The notes beneath the pieces were generated by a model, which ran no database searches, had not been told where the DNA came from, and saw only the letters and a list, made by a program, of their open reading frames with translations. Positions 1-31,186 of a DNA stretch of 64,000 nt are shown here, piece after piece; position 1 is the stretch's first letter, and each line of letters starts with the position of its first letter. The stretch is from the human T2T-CHM13v2.0 reference genome, Homo sapiens. Position numbers and translations under genes: made by a program. The DNA lies in NCBI RefSeq assembly GCF_009914755.1, contig NC_060927.1, one strand, 5' to 3'.

Positions 1-256
1 TGCCCAGGCTGGAGTGCAGTGGCATTATCATTGCTCACTGCAGCCTTGAACTCCTGGGCTCAAACAATCCTCACCACTCAGCCTTCTGAGTAGCTGGGAT
101 AGTGTGAGCCACCACACCTGGCTAATTTTTTTTTTTTTTTTTAATAGAGAAGGGTTCTCACTTTGTTGCCTAGGCTGGTCTCAAACTCCTGGCTTCCTCC
201 CACCTTGGCCTCCCAAAGTGCTGGGATTACAAGCATGGGCCACCATGTCTGGCTGC
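1..256 (-). mobile_element. Alu (old, J-like), truncated by window edge
   Basis: Antisense Alu consensus match. Confidence 0.85.
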
Positions 257-289
257 AAAGGTCCTTATAGCAAACACCCCTTATAGTAA

Positions 290-520
290 TAATAACAATA
301 ACTGATATTGATGGGGTCCTTCCTCTGTGCCAGCACAACGTGGAGCACTCACAACCCAGACTCACAGCAATTCAATGAGCTGGGCACTGTCATACCTCAT
401 TTTACAAATAAGGAAATCAAGGCAAGGAAAGAAAGGGAGAGAGGTCTGTCTCAGCTAGTGTGTAGTGGAGCCAGAATCTGAAGCCAGGCCACCAGGCTCT
501 GGATTCATACTTCAGGATCC
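290..520. mobile_element. MIR
   Basis: Core CATTTTACAAATAAGGAAATCAAGGC. Confidence 0.6.
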
Positions 521-2977
521 TGTGTTGCCACCACTGGGTGCCATGCTCAGGGCCAGGCAGTCACAGACCCTGCTGGAGGGGAGCTAAAATGACTCCATTG
601 TGGGTTCTGCAGCAGCAAGCCCTACACCCAAGCTGGGTCCTGCATGGACCTGCTCCTCCTCCTGATAGCTTATCAGGTAGCTCAAGCCTGAGAGGAGGCC
701 CTTCCAGGAACCTGGTGGTGCTGAGTATGGGCCAGACTGAATCCTTCGTATTCAGAATTCTTAGCTGGCCAAAGCCTGCTCATCTCATCCAGCTGGGGAG
801 AGGAGCAGCAGGGCAAATAAAGAGGCTTTCAGGCTGGGTCCCTTCTTCCCAGCCCCTAGGGATAGCGCCCCTCGGCCCCTCCCCCAACATGTTTTTAAAT
901 AGTGTCTCACCAGGAAGAAGGGCGTCCAATTCTATTTCTGAATCTGGGAAGTGAGGAGGGCCAACGTGTTGCCATGGCAACCTGGAGAGCCCCTCCCCCA
1001 GACTGAGCCCATTCCCCAGGCTGAGGGCTGTGGGGTGGGAGGGAGGTGGCAAGGAGGAGCTGGGAGGAGCTTAGTCTGTGGATGAGGCCAGATGGCGTCC
1101 CTGTGAGGGCAAGTCCTGCATGACCTTCTCCTCACACTTCACCTCACCCCTCTAGGCAGGCTTGCTAGGAAGGCCCCAACCTCTGCAGAGAGGGTCAAGG
1201 GTCAAATCACTGTGAGAAACCCTTCTCCCCTGTGGATCAGGCTGGAACCCTCCCACTTAGGAGGTCTTGAGGATAGTAGAGAGGTGGCAAGAAGGGCGTC
1301 AAGGGGAGAGGCACAGCGCCACACCCTATTAGGAGCTCTACAGCTGGCTCCCACACCTGCTTCAATACAGACCTATTTTCGGCTCCCTTGTGTTCTCAGG
1401 AGGCAGCTAGCTTTGTCAAGCCCCTGGCCTTGCACCCGTCCGGTCTGCCTGCCTTCTACTGCATTGGGAAGGGTCTGGACATCTCCAAAAGCTAGGATCA
1501 GAAAGAGCCTTAAAGGACTCCCAGTGCAGCCCTTCACTTGATAATGGAGCAAAAAGGGAGGCATGTTTCCCCACGGGTTCGCACCCCAGCCACTGTCCAG
1601 GGGTTCATACATCAGCCCTTCTACCCCAGAGGTGACAGATGGGTAGCATTTAGATCTGCAGAGGGAGGGCATTCCCCTCCCTCTTGAGCACAGCTCAAGC
1701 AAAGGCAGGCTTCTGAACAGACTCAAAGGTATCTTGATTCAACCCTCTCTTGGTGCTGATGGGAAGCTGAGGCCCCCCAAGGAGGAAGGAATGCACTCTT
1801 GGTCTCCTAGCTCTATGGCCCACACTCCTTACCTTCCTCTCCTTACCTTCCTCCCTGGAGCTATCCAAGTGACCTGTGAACCCTAGACCTAGACCTCCTG
1901 CTTCCCTGACATTTCTCCTGGCCAGGATACACCCATTCCACAGAGGCAGGACTATGATTAAAGGAGCTGGCACCTCCTGCTCCATGGCCCCCCTGTCTGA
2001 CCCCAGAGGAAGACAGGAAGTATCAGAGAACCCCAGCCTTAGGGGAACCTTAGGCAGGGTTAGGGGAGATAATCCACTCCTATTCTGAAATGTGGAAGGC
2101 AGAACCCACTAGTACTAGCAGGATATGGCTTCTGAGCTCTAAGGCACAGGGAAATTTAAATAACAGATGTTTAAACAATCTTCCCTGCAAGCCGGCAGTG
2201 CAGTGACCCCTCTGCTGTGATGTGTTGCAGCTTAAAAATAGCCCACAATGAACTGCTCTGAGCCCCAATTGACTCGAGCTTACGTAACTCTGCGTGAAAG
2301 GTGGCCAGCCGCATCAGCCCAGAGGGAAGGCAACAGCACAGCCGCCCTGACTGCTGCCCACAGCTGTCTTAGGGGCTGGGAGAGCTCCTCACCCTCCCTG
2401 GGAACAGCCCCCACATCCAGAAGCCAGCAAAAGTGGAGGCAAAGGTGGTACTGCCAAAAGCACACATGGCTTCATGACTGCTGAGCAGAGCTGACCTCTA
2501 GTCACACCTGCAGAGGGAATGTGAGCAGAGCTGCCCTCCTTCAGGGTTCCTATGGAACCCAGGTCCGGTGGACAGTGGGAGTGACTTTAAATTAAACAGA
2601 TGACTGGGTCGAAGAGACCAGGGCAGGAGCCCATGTGAACAGGGTGACTGGAGCCACCCAAAAGATTCCTTTCCCTCTTTGAAGAGAAGGCTCCCTGGCT
2701 TTGAGGGACATGTCAGCAGGATTAATGCTTGGCTAAAGCTGCCACTGCCATGGAGCCCACGGGTGGAGCTGACTCCTTTGGGGCCTCTGATTCTCCATGG
2801 TCCAGGGTGCAGTGTCCCACGAGGGACTTGTGGCATGAGGAAGGGATAATTAGTTTCAAGGGTGATTGAATCCCATGATCTTGACCGCCTGCTGCTTTAA
2901 GCTCCCTGCCTTCCCTAATGCATCTCCAGATCCCAAACGCCGAGTGCAAGACTGGCTACAAAAGTATGCAGGTGGTT

Positions 2978-3269
<292 letters not shown>

Positions 3270-3533
3270 AGTATGCAGGTGGTTAAACCAAACTGAAAGA
3301 GAGTGGAGAGGTGAGATGGTGAAGATACCTCTGGCATTGGGAGTCTCTGGTACTCACTGGTCCCGCTGCTTTGGCACATGCTGAGCCTTACCAAGGAATA
3401 AGCAACTTCCCTCAGCTCCTACCACCTGAGCTGAAAATAGGAACCACCACAGGCCTGGCCCCTGAGCTCCCATAGAGCAACAATGAGACTGGGTTTGGAA
3501 TGGGGCTATATCTGGAGCCCACAGGTATGACCC

Positions 3534-3925
3534 TAATATAGTTTGGATATTTGTCCCCACCCCAATCTCATGCTGAATTGCAATCCCCAGTGCTGGTGGT
3601 GGGGCCTGATGGGAGGTGTTTGGGTGATGGAGGTGGATGCCTCATCTTGGTGCTATCTTCATAACAGTGAGTTATTTTGAGATCTGGTCATTTAAAAGTA
3701 TGTGGCACCTTCCTGCTACTCTCTCTCTCTCTTCCTCCAACTTGCACCATGTGAAGTGCCTGCTCCCGCTTTGCCTTCTGCCACGATTGTAAGCTTCCTG
3801 AGGCCTCCCCAGAAGCAGATGCTGGCACAATGCTTCCTGTACAGCCTGCAGAACTGTGAGCCAAGTAAACCTCTTACAAATTACCTAGTCTCAGGTATTT
3901 CTTTCTAGAGACCTAGCCTGATATA
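3534..3925. mobile_element. ERVL-MaLR solo LTR (MSTA/MSTB-like)
   Basis: Resembles MST consensus (ATAGTTTGGATATTTGTCCCC...TGTAAGCTTCCTGAGGCCTCCCCAG...TCAGGTATTTCTT); 5-bp TSD GACCC at 3529-3533 and 3926-3930. Confidence 0.85.
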
Positions 3926-5715
3926 GACCCCCAGAGAGCCTTTGGGTCCCTCAGAATATTCCCTGAAAGGCTGGGGCTGAGGCCGAGACATAAGGGGAAT
4001 CTTAGGCCAGATTCATGGTACCCCATCAAAGCAGGTCAGTCTGCCCCATGCACGCCCTCCAGGCTCCAGAGAACAGTGACACCAATGGGCAGTCAGGAGG
4101 GTGTGAGTCATCTGCTGCCTCCTCAGCGCCAGCTCCCACCCTGGCCTGCTCAGCCTTTATTAGCATCTGCTTGCCCCTAGCCCTACTGGGCTGAGATGGA
4201 GGGAGATGGGACAGAGAGGTACCTACTCTTCATAGCTCTTGGTTGGAAGGCTGGTCTCCGAAAGCCCTAGGAGAAACCTCTGTCCACACCATTCCACCCT
4301 GGTGGCAGGCCCAGGCCTCCCATGGCCACTAGTAACCCTCCTCTTGCACTGGCCACCCACCATACCTGAGCTACTGCCCAGGCCTCCCCTAGAGGAGAGG
4401 CAGCCCAGCCTTCATCAGCCCTGGAAGCCACATGGTCCCCCAGCCCATCCAGGGACCTAGAACTGACCCTCCCTACCCTGTTCTCCCTGGTAGCCCAGTC
4501 ACTGATTTGAAGCCCTAAAACAGTCCGAGCTCCTGACACCCCAGATGGGGTTGGGACTATCAGATGGCTCTGAGAATGAAGCTCAGAGCTTAGGGGCTGC
4601 AGAAATTGAGAGTGGGGGCAGCTGTGTCACAATCCAGGGCCCCAAGTGCCTAACTGGGGCCCCTCCCTGGAGAATTCTGGCCCTGGAGGACCTTGGCCCA
4701 GAAGCAGGCCCAAAGCCCTACATTCTGGCTGCACCTGACACCCTCTTTCTCTCCTATCTCTCTTCTCTGGGAGCCTTTCCCATGCTAAGCTCCCTTCTTG
4801 TCCAGAGACTCCCTTTCTCTCTGAGCCCCTCATGTGAACAGATAAGCCAGTGGTCCATGAGCTGCAGAAGCTCAATGGGGAAGGAGCTCCTGGGCTTAAG
4901 AGATTTGGGTGATCCTTAGAACCCCAGGATGGGGTTAAAGGGGAGAACTACAAGTTGGAGGGATGAAGGCAGTCCTTTCCAACTGAGGTGGGGATGGGCC
5001 CCAGGATACTCCACTTACCTCCCTCGCAGCCTCCGGGGTAACACAAGTGTCTCCTGCACACACAGAGACAAAGGGTCAGTGGCCAAGCATGCGGGGCTAC
5101 AACCTCCTCAGTGCCTGCTGAGGCACTGAGAGTCATCCAAGGTACGGTGGTAAACAGACAGATAGTCCTTCTCTGCCCCTCTTCAGCACACGGGTTCCTG
5201 ATCTTTGGATCCCTGCACTCAAGCAAGAATCTCCTTTTAAGCCTTACCCACCTGTCCTCAGAGTCCTTAGAGTCCCCAGGACTGGACTTCTCTCTGGCCT
5301 GAGGTGGCAGAGCGAGCAGCAGCTGGATGGAGAAAGCTGGGCAGCTCTGGTCCCAAGGAGACTCTCACTCTGATTAGCAGGGAGCTCTTGCTCCAAACCC
5401 AGGGTTCCATGTCTGACAGGGCACAGAGCTGTGGGCTCCGAGGGAAGGAAGCCTACCCTCTTAGGGTGAGCTGGGGTCTCCTAACTGAAGGGATGGAGGC
5501 TATGGGGGTCCTGAGCAAGGGAGAAGAAACACTGTGATCCAGGTCCTGGGCCAGGCACCCTGGCACCCCAGCTACCCCCTCAGCAGTCAGTGTAGGGAGG
5601 AAGAGGAGGAGGGGAAAGTCTCCCTCTCAGAGGAGCACGCCCCTCTAGGGGCTGTTGTGCAGTGGCCTTTACAAGTACAAATAGCTGGGGCAGTTGGCAC
5701 TTTGAAGTTGGCTCC

Positions 5716-6351
<636 letters not shown>

Positions 6352-6659
6352 GAAAGTGTGGAGTTGAGGCCTTGCTGCTGGCTTATCTCTCTTAAGGCTA
6401 CAAGCGCAATCAATGCTGGCAGTGTTGCTGGGACCCAAGCCTCTATGCCCCAGATGGCAGGCCCCATTCCATCCTGGATGGTGTGACGGTGGGCACTGCA
6501 GATCGAGCAGGGAGCCCTGGAGAAGTGCTAGGGCTGGGGAAAGGGGAGGAGGCAGCCTGAGCCATGGAAGAAACCATCCTGGTCACTGCATGCTTGGGTA
6601 CTCAGCCTACTTCCTTGGTTCCATCTAACAGTCCCCAGAGCCCTAGGACCTGGATCTGG

Positions 6660-7022
6660 GCCTTGCTCACCCTCCCTGTTCTCAAAATCCTTCTTGCTGA
6701 TCCAACTCCTTTCCAGCCTCAGGGTCTTTGCATGTGTGACTCTCTGCCAAAAACCCTCTTTCCTCAACACTGTTTCTGGTGGTTTTTCCCCGGTTGATAA
6801 GGCCTCAGCAAAATGTCACCTCCTGGGAGGCTTCCCTTGCCTCTCTATTCAGCTATTTATAGCAGCCTCCTGTCATTCTTTCACACTATTTGCTACAATT
6901 TGTGCTTTAATAGTCATTTGTTCCTTTATTGGTTCAAGGGTCAGTGTTGGTGTGGTCACTGCTGAGTCCACTGTGCCCAGAAGACAGGGTCCACAGCAGG
7001 CACTCCATAAATACATGTTGCA
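6660..7022 (+). mobile_element. L2 3' end, antisense to and overlapping the MST1R 3' UTR
   Basis: GTCACTGCTGAGTCC...CACAGCAGGCACTCCATAAATACATGTTG resembles the L2 terminus; CCTCAGGGTCTTTGCA and AAATGTCACCTCCT motifs. Confidence 0.7.
6906..6930 (-). terminator. MST1R: MST1R polyadenylation signals (AATAAA 6930-6925; ATTAAA 6911-6906)
   Basis: Two PAS hexamers on the minus strand ~275-295 nt after the stop codon. Confidence 0.8.
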
Positions 7023-7203
7023 GGACTGCCCTCACTGGCTCACTCTGTGGAGTGAGGGACCTAATGGGCCCCATTTACCTATTGCCTCTGAAAGTTAAAG
7101 GGCAGGAACAAGGTGGAGGGCCACTGCCCTCTGGCCTGGCATGGCCCAGAGGCAGCTTGGGGTTAGCTCAAGGCAGCTAAGCAGGTCCAGCCCAAGAACT
7201 AAG

Positions 7204-23505
<16,302 letters not shown>

Positions 23506-24251
23506 CGAGGCGAGCTGGGACCCTAGAGGATCCCTACCGGCCTGGGCCTGGACCTGGGCGTGGGCCTGGCTGGGGGCCCGACTCGAGGTCTGGACTGGGC
23601 CAAATTTAAGCAGCGGTCCCGACAGCCCCAAGATAGCGGACCCCCGCCCCAGGTTCCTGTGAAACCCAAATCCCTTCCCGGCCCTCGGGTCTGAGCACCT
23701 GACGCCTGCGGACGCACGACAGCAACGCCCCAGCCGCCTCACCTGCCGCCCCAGCCGCCGCTGTACACTGGCGCTTAGCGCTCAGCCGACCCGAGGGCGC
23801 CGGGCTGGGCGGGCGGAGTCGGGCCGTGGGGGCGGGGCCGCGAGGAAGGCTTGGCCTAGCCCAGGCCCTCCGCCCATCCGACTCTTCCGGCCCTTGGAAG
23901 CCTGGCTCCTGTACCTTCACCTGGCGTCTTGGCGCCTTTTTCTCAGCGGCCTGTGGGTGGATGTGCATGGTGTGGCCTGGAGAGAGGTGAGCCAGTCTGA
24001 GCCGTCCCATCCCATCCCCCCACTACCGACTGGTTCGCAGCGAGAAGGGGGGCAGGACACTGGGCTCTTTGCTTGCGGTGGAACTAGTTTGCACTTAGTA
24101 GCAACACCCTCAGTGGCTGGTGCCCAGAGGTGGCCTGGGGGCCCACCATGTGGAGAACAGAGACCAGGATTGTGTGGAAGACCAGAGGGGAGATGTGGGG
24201 CACTTACAAGAGATGTTATGGGGCGCCACCCTTTGTGGGAAAGGACTGTCC

Positions 24252-25460
<1,209 letters not shown>

Positions 25461-26849
25461 CTAGTCCCACACTTGGATCTCAGCAGCTGCCCCTTGGTAA
25501 CTGGTCCCCCAACACTAGACTGAGGCCCCTGGGGGACAACCTTAGCCTGACAGACCCCTCAGTTAGATAGGCCTGGACCCTAGAAGACAGGGAAGGTCCA
25601 CAGGGTGGGTCTGGGCTGTGAACTATGGGCCCCAAGGCTGTAGATAAGGAGGCTGGGGGAGAGAGGAGCCCTCAGCCCAACAGGATTTAGCCTGGCTTGG
25701 GGAGCTATATCTCCTCACTCCCCTTTCAGTTCATACTTCTGTGCCTGCATCCCCTTCCTAACCTGACCTTTGTAAGTGCTGTTCCTCCTTCCAGGAGCAC
25801 TCTTTCCCTTTTCTCCTTTTGCCACCTAAATGGCACCTCCTCCAGGAAGCCTTTTTGATCCAGACTTTGCCAGTCCCCTCTCCTGGGTCTCACAGACCCA
25901 GTGCTACACTCACCCCAGCACAGTTTACTCTGGATACTTCACTTCCTCCATCCCCAGTGCAGGACTCCCCCTCCTTCCAGCCTGGAGCTCCATGAGCACC
26001 TGAAGACTGAAAGAGGAAATGGAAGTGGGGGCGGCCACACCCAGTGCAGGGTTGATACTGTGCCCTGAGGTGACATAAAAGACACTCCTTTTCCAAAGCA
26101 GAATTGGCCAGGAAATGAATAAACACCCGGAGAAAACCGTGGCGTGGTTCCTGCATTCCACAGTCAACACATCTAAAGATAGGCAAGGCAAAACTAAAAT
26201 GAAACATTCTCAGCCTGGCGCACAGACAGGGGTTCTGGTGACCCAAATCCCACCTCCAGACTTTCAGAGGGATCTCTGGTGGTTGGGAGAAGACTTCACA
26301 AGCCCTCTTAGATCACCCCACCCACCCCTTTTTGGGGGTGGTGTTGCGGCAACCATCCGTTAGTTCTCCGCTGCCACCGTGTGGCCGCGCTAATGGCTGT
26401 CCCCAGGCTGAGGTCCCCTGTAAGGCAGCCTTGGTTCTCAACAGCAGGGGTACACAGGAGCACCCCTTCCCCCTCTCGCCATCTGCCGCCTCTATAGGAG
26501 GGGGCAGTCAAGGTGTGTGGGGGAGGTCAGCTAATGGGACTCTTAAGTGCCAAGTACAAGGGCACCCCCAAGCTAACATAGCTGGCTAAGAACCTGCTCG
26601 ACTGCCCTAGCACCTGACGCCTTGAAGGAATACTAGCCACTTTTCCCTCCTTGAGCTCTCAGTCCCCTCTGAACACTGTTCTAGAGAACTAGGTCTAACC
26701 TCTTTCTCTAATCCCAAGATCACCTTAGCAGTAGCAAGGGAGTCTCTCTAACTGTAATATGACCACATCACACTGCAGGTTACCTGGAGTTTGAGAACCC
26801 CAGCCCTTGTGTGGACCACTCCAGCTTCACTGCAAACAAGTTATATTAG

Positions 26850-27243
<394 letters not shown>

Positions 27244-28782
27244 TGATCTCCAAGCAGGTACACCCCACACTCCTAGGTGCCTATAGTCCTAGGTATACAC
27301 ATTTATCCAACTATGATCTCCCCAGAATATATGCTGAACTACACAGAAGCTGAGAAACCTACAAGAGTCAGGGCAACCAAAAGAGGCACTTAGGGGCTCA
27401 CTGTTGACCAGAATGCCAGTAACAATCAGGGACAGCTGGCTTGGCATCACCCAGGCCCCAGAGGCAGTGGTTTGGTGTTCTTACTAGGAGCAGGGGAGGA
27501 ACAAAAGCAGAAAACAGGCATAAAAGAGACCCAGGGCATGTGTGCAGGGTGAACAGCACCCACCAAGCCTATGGCTGCTCCCCGGAGGCTTTGGAATCTG
27601 GGCTGGTAGCCTGCTGCCATGCCCATTCCAATGTGAGCCACAGTGGGGCCAAGGGCAGGGGCTGTGCTGCCATTTTCTGGGACAATAAATACAACTGTTC
27701 CAGTGTACCCTGGGTCCATGTCACCCACACAGGCTCATTCTTCAATATGGCTTGATTTTAGTAGCAGAAAATATTGGCTCAACTCTCAGAAACTGCATGA
27801 GGGTGATTCTCTCTGACAGTCTGAAGACCACATTCAGAGGACAGTTTTCTCCAATAAGTACTTCCTAGGCCTTGTGTTCCCTGGGGCCAGAACTAGAAGA
27901 TCCCCCGGCAGCAAAGTGGAAGCTCTCTGCATTGTGCCCTGGGTCCTGTGGTAGAGTAAATGGGGCTGGGCTTTCACTGCCGAGCCTCCTGGATGTCCAT
28001 GGTGCCCCATGCAGGTCTGCCTATGCCATGCCAGGGACTAGGGTGACTAAGGAGGGCCGAGTGCACGTAGCAGTATTAGCTCTTATTATGGCAGGCCCAC
28101 TTCTGCCTTAGAGGGTCAACTGGGCCTTCTCTCAGACCCTCAGCTCACTCTTGAGGACCATTTGGAGGAATGCACTGGCTGAGGTAGGAGAACTGAGGCA
28201 TACAGCCCTTCATGGGAAGGCCTGAGCAGGGACAGTTTCCTCAGAGGCCTGCAGCTAAAGGGAGACTGGATTCTGAATTTCAGCTGAAGACTGGGTTGCC
28301 TCACCAGGGGCTCCATCCAGTACCAGGGCTCAGACTCCCCCCATTTTGACCATCTGTATCTTACTCAACTCAGCTTCTGCTGAACTACAGCAACCCATTA
28401 AACAGAGCCACAGCGAGGGCTCTGAAGGTGGTTGAGTAGTCTTTTGTGGCATGCAGCAGGGGGCCCCTCCCAGGAGTGATAAGAGAGGCAGACAGCAGAA
28501 GCTCAGACTGAATATGGGGGTGGGGGTAGGGTAGGGCAGTATGGTGCCTGAGAACTTTTTATATATGGTAGGACTTCAACTAAACCAAAACGGCCCCAGC
28601 CCAAGATCCAGCTGAGAATGTGTGTGGCCTCATGCTGGTGCAAGGGAGGGAGGAGAGGGGCTCAAATGTGCCTGTGTCCCTGTGCAGGAGCTACGGAGGA
28701 GGATCCAGTGTCTGTATGTGAGTGAGGGTGGATGGGCGAAGGGACAAGTGACAGAGCTTGACAAGTGTCTTCCCCAAAGCAC

Positions 28783-28788
28783 TTTAAT
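28783..28788 (-). terminator. MON1A: MON1A polyadenylation signal ATTAAA (variant hexamer)
   Basis: TTTAAT on + strand, ~125 nt past the stop codon. Confidence 0.7.
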
Positions 28789-28910
28789 GCATTCACCAAC
28801 CCACAGTCCCTGCCCGCTGGCTGGGCAAGAGAGGCCAGCCCCCATCTGGAGGCTCCTATGGCTTCCCACACCTAGTGTGTCCAGGAAGGCTGAGCCCGCA
28901 CACATTCCCA

Positions 28911-29051
28911 TCAATAGGTGAGGGGCGTGAGAATGAAGAGGCGGTCTTCCTCTTTGCGGATCCAGCGCATCAGCTTATGGATGGCACTGACGGCTGACGC
29001 CTTGGTCCCCAGGGGGCTGTAACACATGTAGAGCTCAAAGGCGCCTGTCAC
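28911..29051 (-). CDS. MON1A: MON1A exon 6 coding part (141 nt)
   Basis: tccag|GTGACAGGC...TAT TGA. Confidence 0.96.
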   Translation of the reverse strand: MTGAFELYMCYSPLGTKASAVSAIHKLMRWIRKEEDRLFILTPLTY

Positions 29052-31087
29052 CTGGAGAAGGGGCAAAGGGTCGTCATCTAGGTTAGAGGCCCCTCATGGC
29101 CCATACCTAGGACCTCCATAAAGCCCAGCCCATCCCAGGGCTGCCTTACCCAGGCCAGGAGGTTCTCGTTGGGGCCCGTGTAGTAAATGGTCTTGAGTGG
29201 GCGAGAGGCATTGTGGGCACGACTGTGCAAGTACTGGTAGAGGCCCAGCAGCCGCTCCTGCTCCTCTTCACTGGTGTATGGGGCCTCAATCTCAGGGCTG
29301 CAGACAGGGTGGAGGGAGTGGGTTTGCAAAGGAATGACTTCCACTGTCTTCTCTAGAGATTTAGAAACACCTATTCCTATCCAGGAAGACTCTATCTTAT
29401 GTCCTACCCTCCAGGTGCTCCCTTAGGACAGGGCATTGTCTCCCCACCATAGCAGGCACCCCAGGACAGGGCTGGGCCCACTGAGACTAGAGCTATGTCC
29501 CCTCTTACCCCCTAAGCTCATAGTGTCTTTGGTGACCCCTCTTTGGAGAGGCCAGGTTGAGTTTAGATGTCCAAGACAGAGTGACAGATCTGGAGTAGAG
29601 GAAAGGTGAGCTAGGAATCCTGTGGGCCAAAAGGGACAAAGGGAGGCCATATCTTCCCAGCCCCTCTGCTGGGGGAGGGGGTGGAGGAGGGCTGTGCTTC
29701 CTGAGCTGGACCAAAATGACCCCTAAAGTAGAGTTGCTCCAGGGCAAGGGACCCCGGAGACCTCTGTTCCAGTTTCCTTCTCTGGGTATATTGGGCATTT
29801 CCAGGCCTTCTGGTTAATAAAGTAGAGAGGGTATGCTCATGGGGTGATGGAGAGTCTGGGTCTCTGGTGCCAGAGTAAAACAGGCCCAGCACACTGGTCT
29901 GCTTCCAAAGGTAGGGACAGCTTCAGGGCTACATCTCAGAGCTCAGGACCAAACAGCCTCCCGACTCCACATGTCCCTGTCCCGCTACAGCAGTGCCCTC
30001 AAGGCCCTCCCTCACCTGGTGAAGAGTCCCGAGCTCTTTGACTTATAGAGGAAGTGACGCAGGTCAGGGATGCCCACTTGGGCAACGCTGTAGTAGGGTG
30101 TGCGCAGTGCCTCTCGCAGGGCCAGGTGGGCTCCGCGCTTGCGAAGGCGCTCCTGGAAGCGGCGGCGGCAGTCAGAGACTGCAAAGAAGTCCTCACGGTC
30201 AGTGGAGACAAGCAGCAGGCAGAGGTCAGTGTCAGGCTCTAGGTAAGAGATGTGTGCGTGGAAGAAGCCGGCTGCGTTGAATTTGGGCAGGCACACGGGC
30301 GTCCAGGCCTCGCCCTCGCGAAAGGACGAGGAGGAACTAATGAGGTTGAAGAGCAGGTGCAGGTCGATGGGGTGCAGAAATTGGTCCTTTCGGCGCACGA
30401 GTGCCACGAGCTGGTTGCGGGCCAGCAGGATGGAGAAGACCAGGCTGCGCGCACGCGCCTGCTGCAGGCTGGCGCTCACAGTGTCGCGCACGGCCGCCGC
30501 CAGGGGCAGGCACCGTGCCGCCCCCATCAGGAAGCTGGGGTCTCGTGCCATGAGCTGCAGCAGGTTGTCGGTGATGCGCTCTGAGCCCGAGAGTAGGCGC
30601 CGCAAATCATAGTTCTGCTTCTGCTGGAAGATGTGGCTCAGCTGCGCACCGGTAAGAAGGCTTAGGATCTGGTAGTAGATGTAGAGCAGCTCCTGCGCCA
30701 GCTCTTGTGCCGACTGCCGCGTACGAGCCACCGCCACTAGCACCAGCGGGCTCCGGCGCACGAATACTACCTTGTAGCCATCTGAGAGCGGGACAGGAAA
30801 GAAGGATGTCAGCCTCAGCGGCAGCTCCCTCCGAAAACCGCCTTCCAGCGCAGCTCTTCGCTTTCCCCATCCTTTCCTCGCTCAGAGCTCTGCGCACAGT
30901 AGGGGTTTAAGGATGTTCAGGATAAAAACCCATTGCTCCTTCTCCCTGAGGGCTCAGGGCCTATCCCTGCCACTTGCTTCAAAGACTAGCTCCCTCTGAA
31001 ACACACATTCTTATGCTAAGTGCTAAGTCAACTGGCAACTGGCAAGGGCTGGCTGGGTGGAGCTCAGGACCTGGGAGATAGATAGAT

Positions 31088-31140
<53 letters not shown>

Positions 31141-31149
31141 GATAGATAC

Positions 31150-31186
<37 letters not shown>

